Assembly (NCBI GenBank): GCA_025928645.1 | Contig: JAICJD010000002.1 | Span: forward strand, 1-63,382 | Length of the DNA: 63,382 nt | Reading direction: 5' to 3' | Source: Gemmatimonadales bacterium | Lineage (GTDB): Bacteria; Gemmatimonadota; Gemmatimonadetes; Gemmatimonadales; GWC2-71-9 | Shown here: in pieces, positions 1-7,650 of the stretch | Position numbering within the stretch: position 1 is the first letter of the stretch | Layout of the letters: each line of letters begins with the position of its first letter | The notes under the pieces: generated by a model | Database searches by the model: none | Told to the model about the DNA's origin: nothing | Seen by the model: only the letters and a program-made list of their open reading frames with translations | Position numbers and translations under genes: made by a program

Positions 1-207
1 CGCGACTCCCGCCGCCTGCGGGTACAGCGCGGCGACCGATCTCCCCTCGCGCAGCAGGATGGTGTACACGTTGTCGGGGCCGGCGGGCCGGTCCTCGGCG
101 CTCCACCCGAAGAGCGCGGTGTAGAAGCGCCGGGCGTCGGGGGCGTCGGACGTGCCGAGATCGGCCCAGCAGAACGTGCCGGGGACGTACGCATCCATCA
201 GGGGCAT
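1..207 (-). CDS. VOC (glyoxalase/bleomycin-resistance) family protein, N-terminal fragment running off the window edge
   Basis: Own translation of the minus strand from ATG (207): MPLMDAYVPGTFCWADLGTSDAPDARRFYTALFGWSAEDRPAGPDNVYTILLREGRSVAALYP... The pattern F.W..L.t.D....FY..lFGW is typical of VOC N-termini. AGGAGAA Shine-Dalgarno at 213-219. Not in the ORF track because no stop lies in the window. Confidence 0.6.
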   Translation of the reverse strand, partial: MPLMDAYVPGTFCWADLGTSDAPDARRFYTALFGWSAEDRPAGPDNVYTILLREGRSVAALYPQAAGVA

Positions 208-257
208 GCGGGTTCTCCTGGAAGGGGTCGTGGAGGGCAAGCGGCCCCGGGCCTTGT

Positions 258-785
258 CTACAGGACGGACGAAGGCGGGGTCTCTTTCACGTCCAGGAGG
301 AACCGAAGCGCGACGACATCGTACAGCGCGTGGGTGACGATCGGAACGAGGAGGTTGCCGCCGGCGAGCTGAAGCCAGCCGAGATAGGCGCCGACCAGCG
401 CCGCCAGCACCGCATACGTCGCGGTGAGCGCGTGGGCCAGACCGAAGGCCACCCCCGTGAGCGCGACGGCGCTCCAGCCGGGCAGCCGTTCGGCGAGCGC
501 CGCCTGCATTACCCCGCGGAACAGCGCCTCCTCTCCGACGCCCGCGAGCACGGCGACGAGAACGAGCTCGGCCGGCCTGGCCCCGGCGAGCCAGGGCGCG
601 AGCCGCGCCTCGACCAGCCGCACCAGCCGTGCGACCGGGCCGAAGCGCGTCCGGCGGCACCACTGGAGGCCCAACAGCAAAGGGGCCGTGGCCGCGATTC
701 CCGCAGCCAGGCCCCTCGAAGACCATGCGAACGTCGCGAACGGCGCGACGCCGAGCCCTTCGCCCGCGGCCAGCGCCACGAGCAC
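258..785 (-). CDS. CPBP (CAAX-type) intramembrane metalloprotease family protein
   Basis: The C-terminal part of ORF 258..1088 has the CPBP motifs EEALFRG, FGLAHAL and HALYD within hydrophobic helices. The upstream part of that ORF is R/H/G-rich and overlaps efp, so I moved the start to the in-frame GTG at 785 (GTG at 779 is also possible). The start is uncertain. Confidence 0.7.
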   Translation of the reverse strand: MLVALAAGEGLGVAPFATFAWSSRGLAAGIAATAPLLLGLQWCRRTRFGPVARLVRLVEARLAPWLAGARPAELVLVAVLAGVGEEALFRGVMQAALAERLPGWSAVALTGVAFGLAHALTATYAVLAALVGAYLGWLQLAGGNLLVPIVTHALYDVVALRFLLDVKETPPSSVL

Positions 786-835
786 GAGCCCGCCCTCGGC
801 CAGCGCGATCAGGCCGGCCGGGCGCCGGGCGCTCG

Positions 836-1393
836 CTACTTGGCGCGCTCCAGGTAGACACCCTCGCGCGGGTTGACGCGCACGCGCTCGCCCTCGCCGA
901 TGAACTCCGGCACCTGGATGGTGACCCCGTTGCTCAGCTTGGCCGGCTTGGTGCTCGCGGTCTTGGTGGCGGTCTTCATGATCGGAGCGGTCTCCACCAC
1001 CTCGAGCTCCGCCGTGGCCGGCAGCATGATCGCGATGGGCCGGCCGTTGAGCCACTCCGCCTGGAACGTCATGCCGGGCTCGAGCCACTGCGCCTGATCG
1101 CCGGTGGACTCGTCGTCCAGGGTGTACTGGTCGTAGGTCTGCGCATCCATCACGTGCGTCCCGTTCGCGTCGCGGTACATCACCTGCATTTCCTTGGTGT
1201 CGAGCCGCGCATCCTCGACGAACTCGGTGGCGCTCAGGCGCGTGTCGAACGTGTTGCCGGACGTGAGGTTCCTGAGACGCACCTGCACGAACGCACGCAG
1301 GTTGCCCGGCGTGCGGTGCTGGAAGTCCATCACCCGGCAGGGCTGTCCGTCGATGATGAGTACGTGCCCGCGGCGGATGTCGCTTGCCTTCAT
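836..1393 (-). CDS. efp: Translation elongation factor P
   Basis: The last 185 aa of ORF 836..2611 read MKASDIRRGHVLIIDGQPCRVMDFQHRTPGNLRAFVQVRLRNL...VPEFIGEGERVRVNPREGVYLERAK, full-length EF-P. ATG confirmed at 1391-1393 (cat on the plus strand). Confidence 0.95.
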   Translation of the reverse strand: MKASDIRRGHVLIIDGQPCRVMDFQHRTPGNLRAFVQVRLRNLTSGNTFDTRLSATEFVEDARLDTKEMQVMYRDANGTHVMDAQTYDQYTLDDESTGDQAQWLEPGMTFQAEWLNGRPIAIMLPATAELEVVETAPIMKTATKTASTKPAKLSNGVTIQVPEFIGEGERVRVNPREGVYLERAK

Positions 1394-1675
1394 CGTCTGA
1401 TGCTCCGGTCGGTCGGTCGCTCGGCGGCGCCGGGGTGGCGCCGCGGAGGTGGAAAATACACCGGGCCGGACGATGCGACAGGCGCGGGTGACCGCAGTCA
1501 CCGCCTTCTCCGCCGCGCCGCCCTTACGTTCCGGCGGACCCGGACGCCCGGTCCGGACACGCCGACACACCATGCACGAGCACGCCATGACCGACAGGAA
1601 TCCCGATTCCCCGGCCCGCGAGCGGCTGCGCGAGCTCCGCGCCCGGCGACATCGCCGGCTGCAAGGGTGCGGCCG

Positions 1676-2659
1676 ATGACGAGCACCGCGCCGGCCGGCC
1701 GCGCGGCAATCATCCCGGTGGCGCCGTGGCGCGGGCTCGAGGGCCGCGACCGGCTCGAGGCCTGGCGGGCCAACGTGGGGCCGCCCGTCGCGCTCGATGC
1801 GGCCCGTTCCCAGGGTGTGCCCGCCACCGACCGGCTCGCCGTGCTGAGCTGGAATCTCTGGATCGGGCGGGGCCAGCTGCCCGAGGTGATCGCCGAGGCG
1901 CGCCGGCGGTCGCGCGCGCCGCTCGTCGTGCTGCTGCAGGAGGCATTCCGGTCGGGCGACACCGTGCCGGCGCGGCCCGCCGGCCGGGCATCGCGGCGCG
2001 CGGCCGGCGGGTTCCCGCCGCGCGCCCATCCGCGCGCCGACATCGTCGAGACCGCCGAACGGCTCGGCCTCAACCTGCGCTACGTGGCGTCCATGCGGAA
2101 CGGCACGTACCTGAGCGACCGTGGCAACGCCATCCTGTCGGACCTGCCGATCGCCGACGCCCACGCGTTCGAGCTGCCGCTCGTGCTGCAGCGCCGGGTG
2201 GCGCTGGTGGCGACGATCCAGCTCGCCTCGGGGCCGCTTCAGGTGGTGAGCGCGCATCTCGATCCGCGCGGCCCGCCGGGGGGTGAGTGGCTCGGCGGCG
2301 CCGGCCGCGCGCGCCAGACGAGCTATCTGCTGGAGCATCTGCCCGCCGGCCCGCTCGTGCTCGGCGCCGACCTCAACCTGAGCCGGGGCCGCCGGGAGCG
2401 GAGCTGGCGTCTCCTGGCCGAAGCCGGCTTTGCGACCGGTGTGCCGCCGGCGCATCCCCGCTGGCGCCACACCTTTCATGCCCTGCCCCGCCTGGTGCTC
2501 GATTACCTGCTCGTCCGCGACGCCGACGCGCGCCTCACGCAGGCCCACGTGGAACGACTGGACGAACACCCCCAAGACCGGGGGCCCACCGTCTTCGGCT
2601 CGGACCATCACCCGCTCCTCGCGGAGCTGGCGCTCCGCGCGCCCGGGGCGTCGGCGTGA
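1676..2659 (+). CDS. Endonuclease/exonuclease/phosphatase (EEP) family protein
   Basis: C-terminal 327 aa of ORF 629..2659 (MTSTAPAGRAAIIPV...LSWNLW...VVSAHLDP...GADLNL...FGSDHHPLLAEL), with typical EEP motifs including the terminal SDHHP. ATG at 1676 is in frame. The upstream part of the ORF is antisense to efp. Confidence 0.8.
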   Translation: MTSTAPAGRAAIIPVAPWRGLEGRDRLEAWRANVGPPVALDAARSQGVPATDRLAVLSWNLWIGRGQLPEVIAEARRRSRAPLVVLLQEAFRSGDTVPARPAGRASRRAAGGFPPRAHPRADIVETAERLGLNLRYVASMRNGTYLSDRGNAILSDLPIADAHAFELPLVLQRRVALVATIQLASGPLQVVSAHLDPRGPPGGEWLGGAGRARQTSYLLEHLPAGPLVLGADLNLSRGRRERSWRLLAEAGFATGVPPAHPRWRHTFHALPRLVLDYLLVRDADARLTQAHVERLDEHPQDRGPTVFGSDHHPLLAELALRAPGASA

Positions 2660-3951
2660 ACGAGCTGTGGGACGCCACGCTCCCCTGGTACGGCTGGGCG
2701 CTGATCCTGATCGGCGCCGTCGCGCTGGTGAGCGTGTTCGGTGCCCTCTTCCTGCCCGACTGGAAGGAGCCCGAATTCTCCCTGGGCGAGCTGCCGGAGC
2801 CGGGGTCCGAGGGGTTCGTCAACGGGGTGGGCGCGCTCCTCGGCACGCCGGTCGCCCGCGGCGGCACCATCGAGCTGCTCCAGAACGGCGACCAGTTCTA
2901 TCCCGCGATGCTCGAGGCTATCCGCGAGGCGCGCGACACGGTCAACTTCGAGGTGTACATCTTCGAGCCCGATGAGATCGGGCGCCAGTTCATCGACGCC
3001 TTCATGGAGCGCTCGCTCGCCGGCATCGAAGTGCGCCTGCTGGTGGATGGGTTCGGCTCGTTCAAGCTCAAGAAAGAGCAGCGCCGTGAGCTGCAGCGGG
3101 CCGGCGTCAAGGTGGAGCGGTTTCGGCCGTTCGGCCTGAACAATCTGGTGCGGGTCTACAGGCGCTCGCACCGCCGTGCCATCGTGATCGACGGGCGAAT
3201 CGCATTCACCGGCGGCGCGGCGATCTCGAAGAAGTGGGCGGGTGACGTGCGCACCGCGCACGAATGGCGGGACAGCATGGTGCGGATCACCGGCCCGCTG
3301 GTCAGCGGGATCCAGGCGGCCTTCGCCGGGAACTGGGTGTACTGCACCGGCGAGATGCTCTCGGGGGAGCGCTTCTTTCCCGGCGCCGCGCCTGCGGCGG
3401 GGCCCTGCAGCGTATCGGTGATGAGCTCGCCGTCGGACGCGCAACAGCCGATCCGGCTGCTCTTCTGGCTGACGATGGTGAACGCGCGGCGCCGGCTGTG
3501 GATCTGCAACTCGTACTTCATTCCCGATCCCCGCCTCCGGACGGCGGTGGTGAACCGCGCGCGCCAGGGCGTGGACGTCCGCATCCTGGTGCCCGGCAAC
3601 CACACGGACGCGGTGCCGGTGCAGCTCGCCGGGCGGAGCTACTACGAGGAGCTGCTCGAGGCCGGCGTGCGGATCTTCGAGTTCCAGCCCGCGATGATGC
3701 ACGCCAAGACCATCGTCACCGACGACGCCTGGTCGGTGGTCGGCTCCGCCAACATGGACGAGCGGAGCATGGAGCTCAACGAGGAAAACCTGATCGGCGT
3801 GGCCGACGAGGGGCTCGCCCGCGCGATCGCCGAGGGGAACGAGCGGGACTTCGCACGCTCGCGCGAGGTGAAGCTCGAGAGCTGGCGGAAGCGGCCCCCG
3901 TGGCAGCGGGGGCTGGAGGCCGTGGCGAAGGTGCTGATCGAGCAGTACTGA
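2656..3951 (+). CDS. cls: Cardiolipin synthase / phospholipase D family protein (ClsB-like)
   Basis: From GTG 2656: VNELWDATLPWYGWALILIGAVALV (TM helix), then two PLD repeats, HRRAIVIDGRIAFTGGAAI and HAKTIVTDDAWSVVGSANMDERS. The start overlaps the EEP stop (GTGA, 2656-2659). The first HKD motif reads H-x-R instead of H-x-K. Confidence 0.85.
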   Translation: MNELWDATLPWYGWALILIGAVALVSVFGALFLPDWKEPEFSLGELPEPGSEGFVNGVGALLGTPVARGGTIELLQNGDQFYPAMLEAIREARDTVNFEVYIFEPDEIGRQFIDAFMERSLAGIEVRLLVDGFGSFKLKKEQRRELQRAGVKVERFRPFGLNNLVRVYRRSHRRAIVIDGRIAFTGGAAISKKWAGDVRTAHEWRDSMVRITGPLVSGIQAAFAGNWVYCTGEMLSGERFFPGAAPAAGPCSVSVMSSPSDAQQPIRLLFWLTMVNARRRLWICNSYFIPDPRLRTAVVNRARQGVDVRILVPGNHTDAVPVQLAGRSYYEELLEAGVRIFEFQPAMMHAKTIVTDDAWSVVGSANMDERSMELNEENLIGVADEGLARAIAEGNERDFARSREVKLESWRKRPPWQRGLEAVAKVLIEQY

Positions 3952-3952
3952 G

Positions 3953-4166
3953 AAGGGGGTCAGACGGTCAGACGGTCGGACCGTCAGGTACACGGTCTCC
4001 ATCCCGAGCGCAGCGAGGGACATTGCCCGCCTGCCCCGAACGTCGGGTCGTTCCAAGAACCGCGGAGAAGGTCCCTCGCTGCGCTCGGGATGAAGGCGCG
4101 ACCCTGACCGTCCGACCGTCTGCCCGTCTGACCGTCTGACCGTCTGACGTCAACCCGCCCTTCCCC
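3953..4166. repeat. Nested palindromic intergenic element: outer inverted arrays of the octamer GGTCAGAC/GTCTGACC, an inner perfect 22-bp inverted repeat, and a central small hairpin
   Basis: Left arm 3955-3988 gggggtcagacggtcagacggtcggaccgtcagg. Right arm 4103-4166 cctgaccgtccgaccgtctgcccgtctgaccgtctgaccgtctgacg...cccttccccc. Inner inverted repeat: catcccgagcgcagcgagggac (4000-4021) and its exact reverse complement (4071-4092). Fills the gap between the convergent genes cls and the MoaD-like gene. Confidence 0.85.
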
Positions 4167-4442
4167 CTACCCCCCCGCGATCGCCGCCACCACCGTGATC
4201 TCATCACCCGAGCGCACCGGCGTGGCGAAGCCGTCGCGGAAGCGGATGTCCTCGTCGTTGAGATAGTAGGTCACGAACGGGTACGGGCCGCCCTGGTCGT
4301 CGCGCAGGCGCGGTGCGAGCCGGGGATAGCGGCCGGCGATGTCGGCGACGACGTCGCCCAGGGTGTCGCCGCTCGCGGCGATGCTCGCCTGCCCGTCGGC
4401 GAGACGGGCCAGCACGGTCGGCAGGCTAAAGGTCACGGCCAT
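4167..4442 (-). CDS. MoaD/ThiS-family sulfur-carrier protein (ends in Gly-Gly)
   Basis: 91 aa, ...FRDGFATPVRSGDEITVVAAIAGG-stop. The size, beta-grasp-like pattern and C-terminal GG are diagnostic of the family. Its start overlaps the upstream ThrC-like gene by 17 nt. Confidence 0.8.
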   Translation of the reverse strand: MAVTFSLPTVLARLADGQASIAASGDTLGDVVADIAGRYPRLAPRLRDDQGGPYPFVTYYLNDEDIRFRDGFATPVRSGDEITVVAAIAGG

Positions 4443-5706
4443 ACAGAGCCTCCAGTTCGCGGATGCGGGGCGCGATGGTCGGGACGTCGGGCAGCGCGCC
4501 CTGCAGCGCCTCGACGGTCTTGAGTCCGTTGCCGGTGATGCAGAGGACGAGCTCGTCGTCCGGCCGCAGCGTTCCGCGCTCGGCCAGCGCCAGGGCTGCG
4601 GCCACCGTCACGCCGCCCGCCGTCTCGGTGAAGACGCCCGTCGTCTCCGCGAGGAGCCGGATGCCGTCCACCAGCGCCGTCTCCGAGACCGCCGCCGCCG
4701 ACCCGCCGCTGGCGCTGATGGCGGCCGCGGCGACCCGCCCGTCCGCGGGGTTGCCGATCGCGAGCGAGCGCGCGATCGTCCGCGGCACGACCGGCGCGAT
4801 GTGCTCTCCGCCCTGCTCGACCAGGTTCACGATCGGCGCGCAGCCCGCGGCCTGCGCGCCGTAGAGCCGCGGCGCGGCGTCCGCCACCAGCCCGGCCTCG
4901 GCGAACTCGCGGAACCCCTTCTCCAGCTTGGTCAGCAGCGATCCGCCCGCCATCGGCGCCACCACCGCCGTCGGCAGCCGCCAGCCGAGCTGCTCGGCGA
5001 TCTCGAAGGCCATGGTCTTGGAGCCTTCGCCGTAGTAGGCGCGCAGGTTGATGTTGACCAGCCCCCAGCCATAGCGGTCGGCCACCTGCGAGCAGAGCCG
5101 GTTCACGTCGTCATAGTTGCCACGCACCCGCACGAGGTGCGGCTGGTATACGGCGGTCCCCACCACCTTCGCCAGCTCGAGATCGTGCGGGATGAAGATC
5201 CAGGCCGGGAGCCCCGCGCGCGCCGCCTGCGCCGCGACCGCGTTGGCCAGGTTCCCGGTCGAAGCGCAGCCCACGGTGTCGAGCCCCAGGCCCAGTGCGG
5301 CGTTGAGCGCGGACGCGACCACGCGGTCCTTGAAGCTGAGCGAGGGATGGCTCACGGCGTCGTTCTTCACCCAGACCCGCGCGACCCCGAGCCGGCGCGC
5401 GAGAGCGGGCGCGTCGAGCAGCGGCGTGAACCCGCTGTCGAGCGAGAGGGCCGGCGCGCCCTCGAACGGCAGCCACTCGCGGTAGCGCCACAGCGAATGC
5501 TCCCGCGCGGCGATGGTCTCGGCGTCAGGAAGCCGGCGGCCGGGGTCGTACACCGGCTCGAGTGGGCCCAGGCACTCCTCGCAGGTAGCGATGGGGCCGG
5601 GCGCGTGAGGGGCGCCGCAGAGCCGGCACGCCAGGGGAAGCGGCGTGGGACGCGGCGCGTGCGGTCGAGCATCCGCGGCGGGCGCGGGAACGGCAACGGT
5701 CGTCAT
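4426..5706 (-). CDS. thrC: Threonine synthase family PLP enzyme with N-terminal Cys4 zinc ribbon
   Basis: MTTVAVPAPA...CRLCGAPHAPGPIATCEECLGPLEPVY (zinc ribbon), the PLP-lysine motif SLSFKDRVV, and GCASTGNLANAVAAQAARAG. Start moved to ATG 5706, which has GGAG 9 nt upstream. The symbol reflects the family only; see the finding on an alternative role. Confidence 0.85.
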   Translation of the reverse strand: MTTVAVPAPAADARPHAPRPTPLPLACRLCGAPHAPGPIATCEECLGPLEPVYDPGRRLPDAETIAAREHSLWRYREWLPFEGAPALSLDSGFTPLLDAPALARRLGVARVWVKNDAVSHPSLSFKDRVVASALNAALGLGLDTVGCASTGNLANAVAAQAARAGLPAWIFIPHDLELAKVVGTAVYQPHLVRVRGNYDDVNRLCSQVADRYGWGLVNINLRAYYGEGSKTMAFEIAEQLGWRLPTAVVAPMAGGSLLTKLEKGFREFAEAGLVADAAPRLYGAQAAGCAPIVNLVEQGGEHIAPVVPRTIARSLAIGNPADGRVAAAAISASGGSAAAVSETALVDGIRLLAETTGVFTETAGGVTVAAALALAERGTLRPDDELVLCITGNGLKTVEALQGALPDVPTIAPRIRELEALYGRDL

Positions 5707-5805
5707 GACGTGGATCTCCGCCCCACGCCCGTCGCATCGTCTCGGCACCGAACCGCCTGAAAAGGCAAAGCGCCCGGTGCCAAAAAGACACTCGGGACGC
5801 GAGGC

Positions 5806-5834
5806 TTTTTAGCATTTGTTTAACGTGGCTGCAA
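5806..5834 (-). promoter_or_regulatory. Candidate sigma-70-type promoter for the ThrC-like/MoaD pair
   Basis: The minus strand reads TTGCAG-17 nt-TAAAAA inside one of the few AT-rich patches of the window. This would give a leader of about 90 nt. Motif match only. Confidence 0.3.
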
Positions 5835-5904
5835 TAGGCCGCAAATGACCACGACGTCAGTTGTGTCGCTCAGTCTATGACATCGGCGGGTGGCGCGCAA
5901 GAGC

Positions 5905-7650
5905 CTACCAGTCGCGCCCCTCGCTCGATCCCTGATTCTCATGCCGGCCCTGGTGGCTCGAGAGCTGCTCGCGCTGGACCGTCTCGAGCAGCTGCCGCGC
6001 CTGGTCCGCGTCCAGGGTATCCACCGACTCACCGATGCCCGCGCCGTAGCCGCCGCCCGCCATCGCGCCGGTCGCGGCCTCCGGGTTCCCCTCGTAGCCC
6101 GGCGACTTCATGTTGCCGCGGCCGTAGTCAGCCCGCCGGGTCTGGCCCCGCGAGCCGCCGTTCATCCGGTCCTCGTCGATCCGGATCAGCGCCAGCTCGA
6201 GGTTCCACTTGGCGTCCTTGTCCCCGGGCGCCAGGCGGAGCGCCTCCTGATAGGCGCCGAGGGCGTCGTACAGCAGCTCGCCGCGCTCGGGCCGTTCCTC
6301 GGCGGCGCGGACGAGCGCATTGCCGAGATTGTACTCGCTCCGCTGACGGAGCTCGGGACTCGCGGCCGCCAGCGTGTAGCGCTTCGCGGCGTCCTCGTAG
6401 CGCTTCATGCGATAGTAGGCATTGCCCGCGCCATAGGCCCGCGCCGCCGAGCTGTCCGCCGCGAGCGCCTGATCGAACGCCCGGGCGGACCCGGCGAAAT
6501 CGCCCGCGTCGTACAGCCGTTGTCCCTTGCGGGCGTCGAGCGTGCCTCGCGCGCAGCCTCCGCTCAGCAACACGAGCAGCGGCACCAGCGCCGCGGCGAT
6601 CGCGCCCGCGCCCGGCCGACCGGCCGCGACCGCGCCCCGCGTGCGCGCCGCCCGGCGCGACAGCCCGGCCAAGCCCAGGTCGCCGAGCAACGCCGCCACC
6701 GCGAGCGCGAGCGGCCACTGGAATCGGTCCGCCCGCTCGGTGATCCGGCTGGTGGACAGCGTCCGCGCCTGCACCCGCGCGATGGCCTCGCGGAACGGCG
6801 CGCGATCGGCAGGTCGGTCCGCCCGCGCGTACGCTCCCCCCGTGCGCTTCGCGATCGCGCGCAGCTCGCGCTCGTCCAGCTTCGAGATCGCGATGCGGCC
6901 GATGTGGTCGCGGTGGAACTTCTCGGGCGCCTCCGAGCTGTCGGCGGGAACCGGCGCCCCGGCGGGCGTGCCCGCGCCCAGCGTGAACACCGGGATGCCC
7001 TGGCTCCGGAGGTCGGCGGTCGCCGCGTCGAGGTCGACCTCATCGGACTCGCCGTCGCTCGCGAGCAGCACCGCGCGGTGCCCGCGTTCGCCCTCGTGCT
7101 CGAACACCTTTCCCGCCGTGGCGAGCGCGGTACCGATGTCGGTCGCGGGGTCGCCCAGGTCGTCCGGCGTCGCCGCGTCGAGGAACAGCCTGAAGCTGGC
7201 GTGATCCGACGTGAGCGGGAGCTGCAGGAAAGCGCTCCCGCCGAACACGACGAGGCCCACCCGGTCGCCGGGAAACGCGGAAACCGTCGACCAGACGGCG
7301 GCCTTGGCTTCGGCCAGGCGATTCGGCCGCACGTCGGCCACGGTCATCGAGCGCGACAGGTCGAGCAGCACGAGCAGGTCGCGGCCGGTGCGGGCGAGCT
7401 CGGCGGGCCGTTCTCCGAACTGCGGCCGCGCGAGGGCGACCACGCCGAACGCGAGCGCCGCGATCTGGAGCCAGGCGCGCCGGCGGGCGGTCCGCTCGTC
7501 GCCCAGGCTCGAGCCGCGGGCCAGCAGGCCGGGCTCCCCGAACTCGCGCAGCGCCGCGGCGCGTCGCCGCACCCCGCGGAGCAGGAGCCATGCGGCGACG
7601 GCCACGACGATCGCGCCGGCCGGCAGGACGAGGGGCCACGCGAAGCTCAC
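5905..7650 (-). CDS. batB: BatB-like VWA-domain membrane protein fused to C-terminal TPR repeats (BatB/BatC-type)
   Basis: N-terminal TM helix, MIDAS DLSRSM, VVFGGSAFLQLPLTSD, ASDGES, a second TM, then TPR-like repeats (YYRMKRYEDAAKRY..., YNLGNALVRA..., YQEALRLAPGDKDAKWNLELA). Confidence 0.85.
   Translation of the reverse strand: MSFAWPLVLPAGAIVVAVAAWLLLRGVRRRAAALREFGEPGLLARGSSLGDERTARRRAWLQIAALAFGVVALARPQFGERPAELARTGRDLLVLLDLSRSMTVADVRPNRLAEAKAAVWSTVSAFPGDRVGLVVFGGSAFLQLPLTSDHASFRLFLDAATPDDLGDPATDIGTALATAGKVFEHEGERGHRAVLLASDGESDEVDLDAATADLRSQGIPVFTLGAGTPAGAPVPADSSEAPEKFHRDHIGRIAISKLDERELRAIAKRTGGAYARADRPADRAPFREAIARVQARTLSTSRITERADRFQWPLALAVAALLGDLGLAGLSRRAARTRGAVAAGRPGAGAIAAALVPLLVLLSGGCARGTLDARKGQRLYDAGDFAGSARAFDQALAADSSAARAYGAGNAYYRMKRYEDAAKRYTLAAASPELRQRSEYNLGNALVRAAEERPERGELLYDALGAYQEALRLAPGDKDAKWNLELALIRIDEDRMNGGSRGQTRRADYGRGNMKSPGYEGNPEAATGAMAGGGYGAGIGESVDTLDADQARQLLETVQREQLSSHQGRHENQGSSEGRDW

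Noticed and set aside
629-1675. N-terminal 349 codons of the 676-aa plus-strand ORF 629..2659, and likewise the upstream part of minus-strand ORF 836..2611 beyond efp
   Set aside because: The composition is R/P/G/A-rich low complexity. They are antisense or out of frame to efp and to the EEP gene. The recognisable homology starts only at 1676 (EEP) and ends at 1393 (efp). These are typical high-GC shadow ORFs.
2287-2655. 123-codon N-terminal extension of the cardiolipin synthase ORF
   Set aside because: It is R/P/A-rich and lies inside the EEP coding region in another frame. The Cls homology, with its TM helix, starts at GTG 2656, which overlaps the EEP stop.
3953-4166. Possibility that the short tandem arrays (here and at 14399-14523, 30026-30123 and 63119-63178) are CRISPR arrays
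   Set aside because: The units are only 8-9 nt (25 nt at 63119) and are directly abutting, with no unique spacers. They are arranged as inverted arms, and no cas genes are in the window.
5765-5790. Words reminiscent of the SAM-II riboswitch (GCAAAGC ... AAAAAG)
   Set aside because: They occur on the plus strand, which is antisense to the only downstream gene (the ThrC-like gene is on the minus strand). I could not reconstruct the pseudoknot. This is probably a chance resemblance.
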